NCBI GenBank assembly: GCA_963764715.1
Contig: CAVXTP010000006.1
Location: 288,001-352,000 of the forward strand
Direction of reading: 5' to 3'
Origin: an uncultured Acidobacteriota bacterium
GTDB lineage: Bacteria; Acidobacteriota; Thermoanaerobaculia; UBA5066; Gp7-AA6
DNA length: 64,000 nucleotides
The position numbers were made by a program, and so were the translations under genes. A model generated the notes under the pieces. It did no database searches and was not told the origin of the DNA. It saw only the letters and a program-made list of their open reading frames with translations. Below are positions 24,801-33,452 of the stretch, piece by piece (within the stretch, counting starts at the first letter, position 1; each line of letters starts with the position of its first letter).

Positions 24801-27780
24801 CGTCGGCTCGAAGCACTCGAGCCTCGTCACGATCGATCGCTCGGACGGCTCGGGCCTGTACAGCGATACGTCGGAAGCCGTGAAGACCTGGTGTGTCAAT
24901 GCGACCTTTTCGGATCTCGCTTCCGCAACCTGCAACACCGGCGGGCTAAACCCGATCACCACCGCGACTCGGGACGCCTACGGCCGCATCACGCAGGTCG
25001 CCCCGCCCGATACCGCGATCGAGCAGACGGCGAAATACGCCTACGACGTCAACTCGAAGCTGACCTGCGTCAAGCAGGGCGGCGCGATGGTGATGACGAG
25101 CTGCACGAGCAACTCCGGCGGGCAGTACCGCGCCTTCGACTACGACACCAACGGGTTCCTCCGCTCGGAGTCCACGCCGGAGCGCGGCGCCGTCACCTAC
25201 CAGACGATCGGCAGCCTTGGCAACGTGCTGCAGGAGAGTCAGCCCGGCAGCCTCACCATCACCCGCACGTTCGACTTCGCCGGCCGCATGACAAAGGCCG
25301 AGGCACCGTCCGGCTCGAAGGTCGTCGTGAACTGCTACGACGGAGGAAGCTGCGTCGACGGCAGCGCCAGCCATGGCGGCGGTACCTACCCCGGCGGCAA
25401 GCTGACGCGGCGCTACGGCTACAACTGGATCCCCCTCATCGGGCCGGTGGTCGATGAGAAGTTCACCTACAGCGACGGCGGCGGACGGCTCTCGCAGCTC
25501 GACACGACGGTGGGCAACGGCGACCTCGCGACTACGACGATCCAGTCCTGGACCTACGACACGACGAACTGTCACCTCGGCCTGATTTGCTCGGAGAGCT
25601 ACCCGCGCATCTCGGGGACTTTCCCGGTCAACTACACCTACTCCTACGGGCAGCCCACGGCGATCACCGCGGGGACGAGCCCCGTCAACCTCGTCACCTC
25701 GGCGACCTACAACCCCGCCGCGGGCCTGGCCTCCTGGGTCTCAGCCAGCAGCCCCACGGTCACGACGACGATCACACAGGACACGAGCCTTCTGCCGCGG
25801 CCCAACAAGATCGAGGCCAAACGCGGAACGACCGTCCTCTTCTCGACCGGCGCGTACACGTACGACTCGGCGGGCAACATCCTCTCCCAGGCCGACGGGA
25901 CCTACGGCGGCACCTATTCCTACGACAAGGGCTCGAGGCTGCTCTCGGCAACCTACTCCGGTACCCCCCGCACCTTCGCCTACGACGGCTACGGCAACCT
26001 CACGCAAAACGGCGCCTACACGATGGCGATGAACGCGTCCCTGAACAACCAGGTCGACAGCGTGACCATCAGCGGCGGTTCGCCGATCGCCACCGCTTAC
26101 GACCCCCGGGGCAACATGACGGGGGCCGTGGGCGAGGTGATCTTCTTCGACGCGCTCGACCGGGTCTACCGCAGCAAGAACGATCTCGTCGGCGACTACA
26201 CGTTCCTCCACAACGGCGCCGGGGAGCGGGTCCTGAAGTTCTCCTCCAAGTTCACCGTCCTGCGCCGCGAGATGGCACGCTACATCGCCGAGGCCAACAT
26301 CATCGCGCGGGGCTGGACCCTGCCTCTCTGCGACGGATCCAACCCCTCCCCCTTCACCGACGTCCCCTGCTCGGACCCCGACGCCCGCCACATCAAGCTC
26401 GCGTTCCAGCAGGCGATCACCGCCGGCTGCACCGGCTCGACCTTCTGCCCCGACACCGCCATCACCCGCGCCCAGATGGCCGTATTCATGGTGAAAGGCT
26501 ACCGCGGCGCCTCCTTCGTCCCCCAGTCCTGCCCGCCCGCGGTCAACCCGTTCACCGACTTCACTTGCTCCGGCCCCTACGCCGCGTATGCCCCATTCAT
26601 CATTCAGCTCTACAATGACCACGTGACCGGAGGCTGCGGCCTGAACACCTTCTGCCCCGGCGACCCCATCGGCGAATGGGAAACCCTCGTCTGGCTCGCC
26701 AAGGGCGGTCCCCCAAACGGCTCGGGCACCATCCCCTTCTGGCCCACCTATCACCCCGTCCCCCGCGGCTCGACCTACACCCTGCGCGACGAGGGCAACC
26801 GCGTCGTCACCGAGATCGCCGGGGGACTGTCGGGCTCGGGCACGGCCTCGCTCAACGTCGCCCGGGACAACGTCTACCTCGGCGGCCTGCTCGTCGCCTC
26901 CAGCGCCGGCGCCTGGAGCTACTCGGCCTCCGACAACCTGGGCTCGATCCGGGCCGTCTGGAACGCCTCAGGCACCAAGACCGAGGACCACCGCTACTGG
27001 CCCTACGGCGAGGATGCCATGGCCACCCTCAACCAGCACCTCAGCTTCCAGGGCATGGAAAGAAACGACGCCACCAACCAGTACTACGACCATGCTAGGA
27101 CACAGCAGTTCAATATCGGGCGGTTCCTGAGCACGGATGTAATTCGGGGCTCTGTGGACGTGCCATCAACTTGGAACCGCTATACCTTCGTCGGAAATAA
27201 CCCGCTACGACTCGTAGACCCCACCGGCCTTTATGAAGAGGACGTGCATCTCCATCTCACTGTCATGCTCGCATACGCTGCTGGGTTTCCCCTCGCAACC
27301 GCGAGAGCGATCGGCGCCGCTGACCAGGGAGTCGATGACAACCCGAACACATCACCGTTCGGGACCGCTGAGGTGCGCGAACTCTACCACTTCACGACCA
27401 GCGATCGCCGTGCGGACCTCTGGGCCCAGTATGAGGCGGACGGGTCACCACAGTCTCTGGGGGTATTCATGCACGCTGAACAAGACTCTTTCTCGCATCG
27501 AGGCTATGGCGCCGCGGTAGGTCACGCTGCTGCCGGTCACTCGCCCGACAAGACTTACAAGGACGCGAGCAAGGCTGAAGCCATGGCTCTCACGACCTAC
27601 AAGCGCATGCTAGCTGCCATTCCAAGCTTCAGGGGGAGCGCAGCGCCAAAGGTTCCGTGGCGACTCATTCGACCTTTTGTCGTGTCGTTCAATGAGGCCA
27701 AAGCCATTGACCGCAAGATGATGATATTGGAGCTGATGCGTCGGCAGATCGAAAAATCTCAACGCGGTTCTCACAACTAG
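21871..27780 (+). CDS. rhs: Rhs/YD-repeat polymorphic toxin with signal peptide, internal SLH domains and C-terminal Het-C/phospholipase C-like zinc domain
   Basis: AAGGAGAGGAG RBS; basic plus hydrophobic leader ending LWA-Q; YDxxGR repeats; core SDNLGS..YWPYG..GRFLSTD..NPLRLVDPTGL; tip VH..YHF..LGVFMHAEQDSFSH. Confidence 0.93.
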   Translation: MKKARAIRRTSARGKWSARRRIPLTPVVLLLATLRIALPASLWAQNGPDNDADVAAGLTNSVFETSPIDSINLYNGQLTVPIPIGPSYPIGPKLRMQLALSYTSRVDDYGRPATQSPDFFYKPLVGNPSLPIGWELTLGAIKDCKHGGASGKCLFSPDGSQHMFNKTQGNGKVTGDGSQYFLKGSGPYDMWDGDGNHYFFNWQVTGYDDSLTNYTHDFGIGRNGWYLSSVTDPFGNSYSVSYYSSISTPNWTPTSNGCGTAWPMQNPTQTNTWILKDITLPSASTIHVVQGNVNGVNGMITSVQFPELVGGASVTKTWTLANNATPQPYSRTCTSPSAIVVPLQVLQQLQLPSDLVGAPKYEFTYASNGLLSKVKLPTLGEISYCWSGFAFYHGRAGKNEPGCGNLALSDNDSILVTPPACTGLEPEPSPEPEIPGGCSGSNETQWTDGVTAIRRRTETVGGASYATEFTQYAFPRGEAGSKVTPLEPQTLTVVRYPPTDKTGSNDRTRAKAVLFKCSPEIYSTPNGPRTRPSVPGDRVGAPLEVRYFEDDPNQTTGLLDDTVAMCPGTGVDKPFCGSKAVRVAKLDYEYDDAGHQEGNRRLDFSKTIYGAATCAGCPYHQIDLSLGVGETWEGNGRHYGIEAHSGTLGGDARTIVTDWAQVNWVSGPPADGVVLPNIVNQRTTTQGTSVRDEYFDFDTASTPPTDFLKGTFLYDAAKDIALINCRYDDGNGSADKEFTRTLSTTSIPSRTYCSDNYSTFPTVGNDGDFFGKDYTWQHGELLNARWINGTVGSSTFKVEDYARDATTGWITSSTDTAGRTTLFKYDSMGRATEADPPATNEFTTFTCYEGPNETTVYRASAAIACPVAASGSATTWQHTTYDGLGRVIREQRKVSGVPTTNLSKRFFQFDGRGNQTFQSEWLACTSSPCQTNDEALTLDLDTACVFSGGNQSARKRSSTAPGTWSACWDPFGRPQQVVGSKHSSLVTIDRSDGSGLYSDTSEAVKTWCVNATFSDLASATCNTGGLNPITTATRDAYGRITQVAPPDTAIEQTAKYAYDVNSKLTCVKQGGAMVMTSCTSNSGGQYRAFDYDTNGFLRSESTPERGAVTYQTIGSLGNVLQESQPGSLTITRTFDFAGRMTKAEAPSGSKVVVNCYDGGSCVDGSASHGGGTYPGGKLTRRYGYNWIPLIGPVVDEKFTYSDGGGRLSQLDTTVGNGDLATTTIQSWTYDTTNCHLGLICSESYPRISGTFPVNYTYSYGQPTAITAGTSPVNLVTSATYNPAAGLASWVSASSPTVTTTITQDTSLLPRPNKIEAKRGTTVLFSTGAYTYDSAGNILSQADGTYGGTYSYDKGSRLLSATYSGTPRTFAYDGYGNLTQNGAYTMAMNASLNNQVDSVTISGGSPIATAYDPRGNMTGAVGEVIFFDALDRVYRSKNDLVGDYTFLHNGAGERVLKFSSKFTVLRREMARYIAEANIIARGWTLPLCDGSNPSPFTDVPCSDPDARHIKLAFQQAITAGCTGSTFCPDTAITRAQMAVFMVKGYRGASFVPQSCPPAVNPFTDFTCSGPYAAYAPFIIQLYNDHVTGGCGLNTFCPGDPIGEWETLVWLAKGGPPNGSGTIPFWPTYHPVPRGSTYTLRDEGNRVVTEIAGGLSGSGTASLNVARDNVYLGGLLVASSAGAWSYSASDNLGSIRAVWNASGTKTEDHRYWPYGEDAMATLNQHLSFQGMERNDATNQYYDHARTQQFNIGRFLSTDVIRGSVDVPSTWNRYTFVGNNPLRLVDPTGLYEEDVHLHLTVMLAYAAGFPLATARAIGAADQGVDDNPNTSPFGTAEVRELYHFTTSDRRADLWAQYEADGSPQSLGVFMHAEQDSFSHRGYGAAVGHAAAGHSPDKTYKDASKAEAMALTTYKRMLAAIPSFRGSAAPKVPWRLIRPFVVSFNEAKAIDRKMMILELMRRQIEKSQRGSHN

Positions 27781-27802
27781 ACGTATTGTTTGGGAGGCGG
27801 TC

Positions 27803-28159
27803 ATGCAGAGTCGCTCCAGTGCAACTGGACCCCTGATTTGGGTAACCGCAGCAGTCGTGCTGACCGTCGGCCTAGGGCTCATAGCCTGGCGCCTAGCGGG
27901 AGCAGGACACGGCACATACATTCCAGCGTTGGTCTGCTTTCCGTTTGCAATGCTTATCGCCGCCGTCGTTGGCCATATTGGAATTGTGCCGCTGCTAGTG
28001 GCGGTCCTTCAGTACCCGCTCTACGCGGTCTTCGTATCAACTCAGTCAGCACTCGGCAAACAGACCAAAGGGCGATTGAAGACCGTTGTCGTATGTCACG
28101 GTCTCGCGGTCCTAGTGGCTGTAGCGGTTGCGGCTGTGACACGAACGTTTTGGAGCTGA
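27803..28159 (+). CDS. Putative immunity protein for the main Rhs tip (about 4 TM)
   Basis: Small hydrophobic ORF directly after the toxin stop, AT-richer like the tip. Confidence 0.65.
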   Translation: MQSRSSATGPLIWVTAAVVLTVGLGLIAWRLAGAGHGTYIPALVCFPFAMLIAAVVGHIGIVPLLVAVLQYPLYAVFVSTQSALGKQTKGRLKTVVVCHGLAVLVAVAVAAVTRTFWS

Positions 28160-28284
28160 GTTGTATTGGTGGGACCACTGGAGTCAGTCGTCTCATGTTT
28201 GATGTCAGCGGGAGGCCCATGGAGCTTATGGAGCCAATCGTGTAACCCTAGATTGCCAGCAGTGTCGGTGAGCGCGGCAACCTC

Positions 28285-28432
28285 ATGGCGACGACGACGC
28301 AGTCCTGGACCTACGATTCGACGAACTGCCACCTCGGCCTGATTTGCTCGGAGAGTTACCCGCGCATCTCCGGGACCTTCCCGGTCAACTACACCTACTC
28401 CTTCGGGCTGCCCACGGCGATCACCGCGGGGC
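28285..28432 (+). pseudogene. Short rhs fragment (TTTQSWTYD..TAITAG)
   Basis: Matches main rhs ~25530-25672; bounded on both sides by junction-motif copies. Confidence 0.8.
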
Positions 28433-28496
28433 GTTGTGGGGTCAACGGTGAAATCCTGTATTGGCTGCGGAGTCGACAGGACCTCGAGCCTAGTGG

Positions 28497-28699
28497 TAAG
28501 GCGGCCTAACGCGAAGCGCCTCAAGCTGATCGTCCAACAGGAAATGACCGCCACCGCACTGGTTCGGTCTTCCGTCGCGGCACCGGCATCACCCGCGCCC
28601 AGCTGGCCGTGTTTCGGAGCCAACGACCCACGGCTCGATCCGAATGTCGATGTCCTAGCATCGGTGTCGGCGACTAGGGTTCGAATTCGCTTCCGACGT
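28497..28699 (+). repeat. ~200-bp intergenic block repeated at ~36560-36763, with a diverged partial copy at ~40345-40460
   Basis: taaggcggcctaacgcgaagcgcctcaagctg...ttcgaattcgcttccgacgt appears identical in the first two copies. Confidence 0.85.
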
Positions 28700-28741
28700 G
28701 AGCTTCTGGGGTCGATCGTGTAATCCTGTGTTGCCAGCGGA

Positions 28742-31039
28742 GTCGGTGAGCGCGGCGACCTGACGACGACGCAGTCCTGGACCTACGACACGACGAACTG
28801 TCACCTCGGCCTGATTTGCTCGGAGAGCTACCCGCGCATCTCGGGGACCTTCCCGGTCAACTACACCTACTCCTACGGGCAGCCCACGGCGATCACCGCG
28901 GGGACGAGCCCGGTCAACCTCGTCACCTCGGCGGCCTACAACCCCGCCGGCGGCCTGGCCTCCTGGGTCTCGGCCAGCAGCCCCACGGTCACGACGACGA
29001 TCACACAGGACACGAGCCTTCTACCCCGGCCCAACAAGATCGAGGCCAAACGTGGAACGACCGTCCTCTTCTCGACCGGCGCGTACACGTACGACTCGGC
29101 GGGCAACATCCTCTCCCAGGCCGACGGGACCTACGGCGGCACCTATACCTACGACAAGGGCTCGAGGCTGCTCTCGGCAACCTACTCCGGTACCCCCCGC
29201 ACCTTCGCCTACGACGGCTACGGCAACCTCACGCAAAACGGCGCCTACACGATGGCGATGAACGCGTCCCTGAACAACCAGGTCGATAGCGTGACCATCA
29301 GCGGCGGTTCGCCGATCGCCACCGCTTACGACCCCCGGGGCAACATGACGGGGGCCGTGGGCGAGGTGATCTTCTTCGACGCGCTCGACCGGGTCTACCG
29401 CAGCAAGAACGATCTCGTCGGCGACTACACGTTCCTCCACAACGGCGCCGGGGAGCGGGTCCTGAAGTTCTCCTCCAAGTTCACCGTCCTGCGCCGCGAG
29501 ATGGCACGCTACATCGCCGAGGCCAACATCATCGCGCGGGGCTGGACCCTGCCTCTCTGCGACGGATTCAACCCTTCCCCCTTCACCGACGTCCCCTGCT
29601 CGGACCCCGACGCCCGCCACATCAAGCTCGCGTTCCAGCAGGCGATCACCGCCGGCTGCACCGGCTCGACCTTCTGCCCCGACACCGCCATCACCCGCGC
29701 CCAGATGGCCGTATTCATGGTGAAAGGCTACCGCGGCGCCTCCTTCGTCCCCCAGTCCTGCCCGCCCGCGGTCAACCCGTTCACCGACTTCACTTGCTCC
29801 GGCCCCTACGCCGCGTATGCCCCGTTCATCATTCAGCTCTACAATGACCACGTGACCGGAGGCTGCGGCCTGAACACCTTCTGCCCCGGCGACCCCATCG
29901 GCGAATGGGAAACCCTCGTCTGGCTCGCCAAGGGCGGTCCCCCAAACGGCTCGGGCACCATCCCCTTCTGGCCCACCTATCACCCCGTCCCCCGCGGCTC
30001 GACCTACACCCTGCGCGACGAGGGCAACCGCGTCGTCACCGAGATCGCCGGGGGCCTCTCGGGATCAGGCACGGCGAGCCTGGCCGTCGCCCGGGACAAC
30101 GTCTATCTCGGCGGCCTGCTCGTCGCCTCCAGCGCCGGCGCCTGGAGCTACTCGGCCTCCGATCACCTCGGCTCGATCCGCGCCGTCTGGAACGCCTCGG
30201 GCACCAAGACCGAGGACCACCGCTACTGGCCCTACGGCGAGGATGCCATGGCCACCCTCAACCAGCACCTCAGCTTCCAGGGCATGGAAAGAAACGACGC
30301 CACCCACCAGTACTACGACCATGCACGGACGCAGCAGTTCAATATCGGGAGGTTCTTGAGCACGGATCAGCTTCGAGGCACGCCTTCCAACCCTGCCACG
30401 TGGAACCTCTACACGTTTGCCCTTAACAATCCGGCGCGACTCACGGATCCCACCGGTCTGGACGCCGACAATCCCAGTGGCCACTCAAGCATTCTGGATC
30501 GAGTCTTCTCCTGGGTGTCCCGCACGTTCAAGAACATCTTCCCCGCGCCGAAGGCAGACCCAGCGGACCCCAACCTGCAGGCGATGAATGACGACTCCGT
30601 TGGCAATACGCCCGCTCAAGCTGAACGTATGGCCAATCCCAAGGGCGCAGCTCAACAGGGCGTCGCGGAAGGAGGCGCCACGATCACCGCCGCTGCGGCG
30701 ACCGCGGCGACAATCATCATCATTGATCGGGGAACCGGCAAAGTAATAGAGATTGTCGCCGATACGGCAGCGGACGCAGCGGCCGCGGTTCGGCTCGCAA
30801 AATCCCTTGCCAGCGAGTCGCAGATGGCAGAACGAGGAAGCGTAATCGCGGGCGCGGGCGGGCGCAGGATTCTAGGTGACTCGGAGAGACTCGCGGAGAG
30901 TTATGGTGGCGCAGCTGCTGACTGGGCCAAAATGCGGAGTAGTTCCTTTACCGCAGCGGACGGCGTGAAGTTCGAGACACACTGGTACCAGAACGTGAAG
31001 ACTGGACAACAGGTCGAATTCAAGACAAAGTTCCAATAG
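28742..31039 (+). CDS. Orphan rhs cassette 1 (3' core + SLH + toxin tip of unknown, possibly nuclease, type)
   Basis: Near-identical to main rhs ~25510-27139, then NPARLTDPTGL and a new tip ending YGG..DWAK..FETHWYQN..VEFKTKFQ; no signal peptide. Confidence 0.85.
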   Translation, partial: VGERGDLTTTQSWTYDTTNCHLGLICSESYPRISGTFPVNYTYSYGQPTAITAGTSPVNLVTSAAYNPAGGLASWVSASSPTVTTTITQDTSLLPRPNKIEAKRGTTVLFSTGAYTYDSAGNILSQADGTYGGTYTYDKGSRLLSATYSGTPRTFAYDGYGNLTQNGAYTMAMNASLNNQVDSVTISGGSPIATAYDPRGNMTGAVGEVIFFDALDRVYRSKNDLVGDYTFLHNGAGERVLKFSSKFTVLRREMARYIAEANIIARGWTLPLCDGFNPSPFTDVPCSDPDARHIKLAFQQAITAGCTGSTFCPDTAITRAQMAVFMVKGYRGASFVPQSCPPAVNPFTDFTCSGPYAAYAPFIIQLYNDHVTGGCGLNTFCPGDPIGEWETLVWLAKGGPPNGSGTIPFWPTYHPVPRGSTYTLRDEGNRVVTEIAGGLSGSGTASLAVARDNVYLGGLLVASSAGAWSYSASDHLGSIRAVWNASGTKTEDHRYWPYGEDAMATLNQHLSFQGMERNDATHQYYDHARTQQFNIGRFLSTDQLRGTPSNPATWNLYTFALNNPARLTDPTGLDADNPSGHSSILDRVFSWVSRTFKNIFPAPKADPADPNLQAMNDDSVGNTPAQAERMANPKGAAQQGVAEGGATITAAAATAATIIIIDRGTGKVIEIVADTAADAAAAVRLAKSLASESQMAERGSVIAGAGGRRILGDSERLAESYGGAAADWAKMRSSSFTAADGVKFETHWYQNVKTGQQVEFKTKFQ

Positions 31040-31041
31040 CA

Positions 31042-31461
31042 ATGAGAGCACTCTGTCGAGCCACAGTCGTCACCGAGCTGCAGGAACTGAGCCTGGGGCC
31101 ATACTTTGTTCGGCAGGACTTCCACGTATCTGCGGGCAAGGAATATTTGGTCTTAGGCATTTTCGGGAGTTCAGGTGAATCCCCCTATGGAAACGGAATT
31201 CACGTGCTGGTCGTCAGTGATTACGGTCACCCTACTTGGGTGCCGCTCGCACTCTTCAGCATCACCGACAATCGAGCCTCGCGTTACTGGATCGCGATTC
31301 CGACGGAGAAGGGCGGGCTGGAACTATCGCACCCCTCGTTCGAACCAGCCAGTTTCTTTGACGACCTCTCCGAAGGGAGGGCCGAGGCCAAGGCTTCGTT
31401 TGAGTTTGCATTGCGGCAACTTGAGGCTGAGTTTCTCCAGGCGAACGCAAGCATCCAGTAA
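31042..31461 (+). CDS. Putative immunity protein for cassette 1
   Basis: Starts 2 nt after the toxin stop; 139 aa, AT-richer. Confidence 0.7.
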   Translation: MRALCRATVVTELQELSLGPYFVRQDFHVSAGKEYLVLGIFGSSGESPYGNGIHVLVVSDYGHPTWVPLALFSITDNRASRYWIAIPTEKGGLELSHPSFEPASFFDDLSEGRAEAKASFEFALRQLEAEFLQANASIQ

Positions 31462-31462
31462 A

Positions 31463-32800
31463 CGCCATCACTCGCGCCCAGATGGCCGTCTTCATGGTCA
31501 AGGGTTATCGCGGCGCCTCCTTCGTCCCCCAGTCCTGCCCGCCCGCGGTCAACCCGTTCACCGACTTCACTTGCTCCGGCCCTACGCCGCGTATGCCCCG
31601 TTCATCATTCAGCTCTACAATGACCACGTGACCGGAGGCTGCGGCCTGAACACCTTCTGCCCCGGCGACCCCATCGGCGAATGGGAAACCCTCGTCTGGC
31701 TCGCCAAGGGCGGTCCCCCAAACGGCTCGGGCACCATCCCCTTCTGGCCCACCTATCACCCCGTCCCCCGCGGCTCGACCTACACCCTGCGCGACGAGGG
31801 CAACCGCGTCGTCACCGAGATCGCCGGGGGCCTCTCGGGATCAGGCACGGCGAGCCTGGCCGTCGCCCGGGACAACGTCTATCTCGGCGGCCTGCTCGTC
31901 GCCTCCAGCGCCGGCGCCTGGAGCTACTCGGCCTCCGATCACCTCGGCTCGATCCGCGCCGTCTGGAACGCCTCGGGCACCAAGACCGAGGACCACCGCT
32001 ACTGGCCCTACGGCGAGGATGCCATGGCCACCCTCAACCAGCACCTCAGCTTCCAGGGCATGGAAAGAAACGACGCCACCCACCAGTACTACGACCACGC
32101 ACGGTCGCAGCAGTTCAATATCGGAAGGTTCCTGAGTACGGATCCGTACCACGGCTCAATTGAGGAGCCCGCAACTTGGAACCGATATTGCTTCGCGCTG
32201 GGTAACCCCATTCGATACACAGATCCTGACGGCCTCAACTCCGATGATGAGCCGAACGATGACTTGCCCAAGAGCGCTTGCTTGGCAAACCCTCAGGCTT
32301 GTGGTGCGGAGGCTTCAATAGAAGAATTCGTAAACGTGTCAGGTACCGGCCCAACGGGGGTTGAAATTATCCAGCAGGGCACGGAGGCGGCCGCTCCGGT
32401 GGTCTTCCCACTCTTTAACGGGACGATGTTCTTCGCGTCGACTGCCACTGGCAACATGGAGATAACAGCAGGTCTGCGCCTATTCCGGTCAGTAGGATCC
32501 GCATGGAATGCATTCCGAACCGCAAGACCCGCACTTCCGTTTAAGCGGGACCTCGCGACCAAGGTTCAAGAAGCTATCGACCGAGCGCTCTCGAGGTCAC
32601 CGCGCTTCTCCAAGGACGGGACAACCTTTCGCAATGATCAGGGCCTTCTACCTCAGCGGGGAACCGGCTACTACTCGGAGTGGACGGTCGAACCAGCGCC
32701 GGGGTCACCAGGGCGAGGTACTGAGAGGCTCGTCGTTGGGTCAGACGGCGACATCTACTACACTCACAACCACTATGGCTCCTTCGTAAGGATCAAATGA
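31463..32800 (+). CDS. Orphan rhs cassette 2 with barnase/RNase Sa-type ribonuclease tip (1-nt indel near 31580)
   Basis: Begins at SLH motif [10 protein letters not shown]; NPIRYTDPDGL; FRNDQGLLP..YYSEWTV..RGTERLVVG..YYTHNHYGSF. Confidence 0.88.
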   Translation, partial: RHHSRPDGRLHGQGLSRRLLRPPVLPARGQPVHRLHLLRPYAAYAPFIIQLYNDHVTGGCGLNTFCPGDPIGEWETLVWLAKGGPPNGSGTIPFWPTYHPVPRGSTYTLRDEGNRVVTEIAGGLSGSGTASLAVARDNVYLGGLLVASSAGAWSYSASDHLGSIRAVWNASGTKTEDHRYWPYGEDAMATLNQHLSFQGMERNDATHQYYDHARSQQFNIGRFLSTDPYHGSIEEPATWNRYCFALGNPIRYTDPDGLNSDDEPNDDLPKSACLANPQACGAEASIEEFVNVSGTGPTGVEIIQQGTEAAAPVVFPLFNGTMFFASTATGNMEITAGLRLFRSVGSAWNAFRTARPALPFKRDLATKVQEAIDRALSRSPRFSKDGTTFRNDQGLLPQRGTGYYSEWTVEPAPGSPGRGTERLVVGSDGDIYYTHNHYGSFVRIK

Positions 32801-33327
32801 CGCTGGAATCCAGAGGTCACCTCACTAAATTGACCGGGTGCATGATGCATCTCGTCACTGCAAGATCCCGGCGGCTCCGTGAGCTAATGCGCGCGGCGGC
32901 CGATCTGGGCTTTTTACGGATCGACCTGGATGTGGCCGGCGTTGGAGACAAGGAGACACTACAGTCACTTGTGGCTCAGTCCTTTCGGTTTCCTCCTGAG
33001 CTAGGAACAAACTGGGACGCCTTACTCGACTCGCTTCGCGATTTGTCATGGTTGAAGGCACCCGGCTACATGATCGTTGTGCGCGGCGGCGATCGTGTCG
33101 CGCGGGTTTGCCCCGAGCTTGTCGAAAGACTGTTCCCGATACTGGCGCAGGCACAAGAAGACTGGAGACTCGAGCGCGTCCCTTTCCATGTAGTCGTCGA
33201 GACTGGCGGTCCTGTGGCGTCCGTTCTCGAGCAGACAGACCTCCGAGTTTCACGGCCAGGCGAGTACCCCCTGTCTCGATTGAGGATTATCTGTGATGAC
33301 CGAGTAGCTGATTCTGGCGGGACGTAA
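32797..33327 (+). CDS. Barstar-family RNase inhibitor (immunity)
   Basis: ATGA overlap with toxin; FRFPPELGTNWDALLDSLRDLSW barstar motif. Confidence 0.9.
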   Translation: MTLESRGHLTKLTGCMMHLVTARSRRLRELMRAAADLGFLRIDLDVAGVGDKETLQSLVAQSFRFPPELGTNWDALLDSLRDLSWLKAPGYMIVVRGGDRVARVCPELVERLFPILAQAQEDWRLERVPFHVVVETGGPVASVLEQTDLRVSRPGEYPLSRLRIICDDRVADSGGT

Positions 33328-33452
33328 GGATATGGGACGTTGTGGGGACCTCGTGGGGTCAACCGTGTAAGCCTGTATTGGCTGCAGAGTCGAAGGGCAC
33401 TCGAGCTTGCAAGCTTCTGGGGTCGATCGTGTAATCCTGTATTGCCAGCGGA

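Noticed and set aside
31175-31462. N-terminal extension of the 541-aa ORF
   Set aside because: It overlaps the immunity gene out of frame; real rhs homology begins at ~31463.
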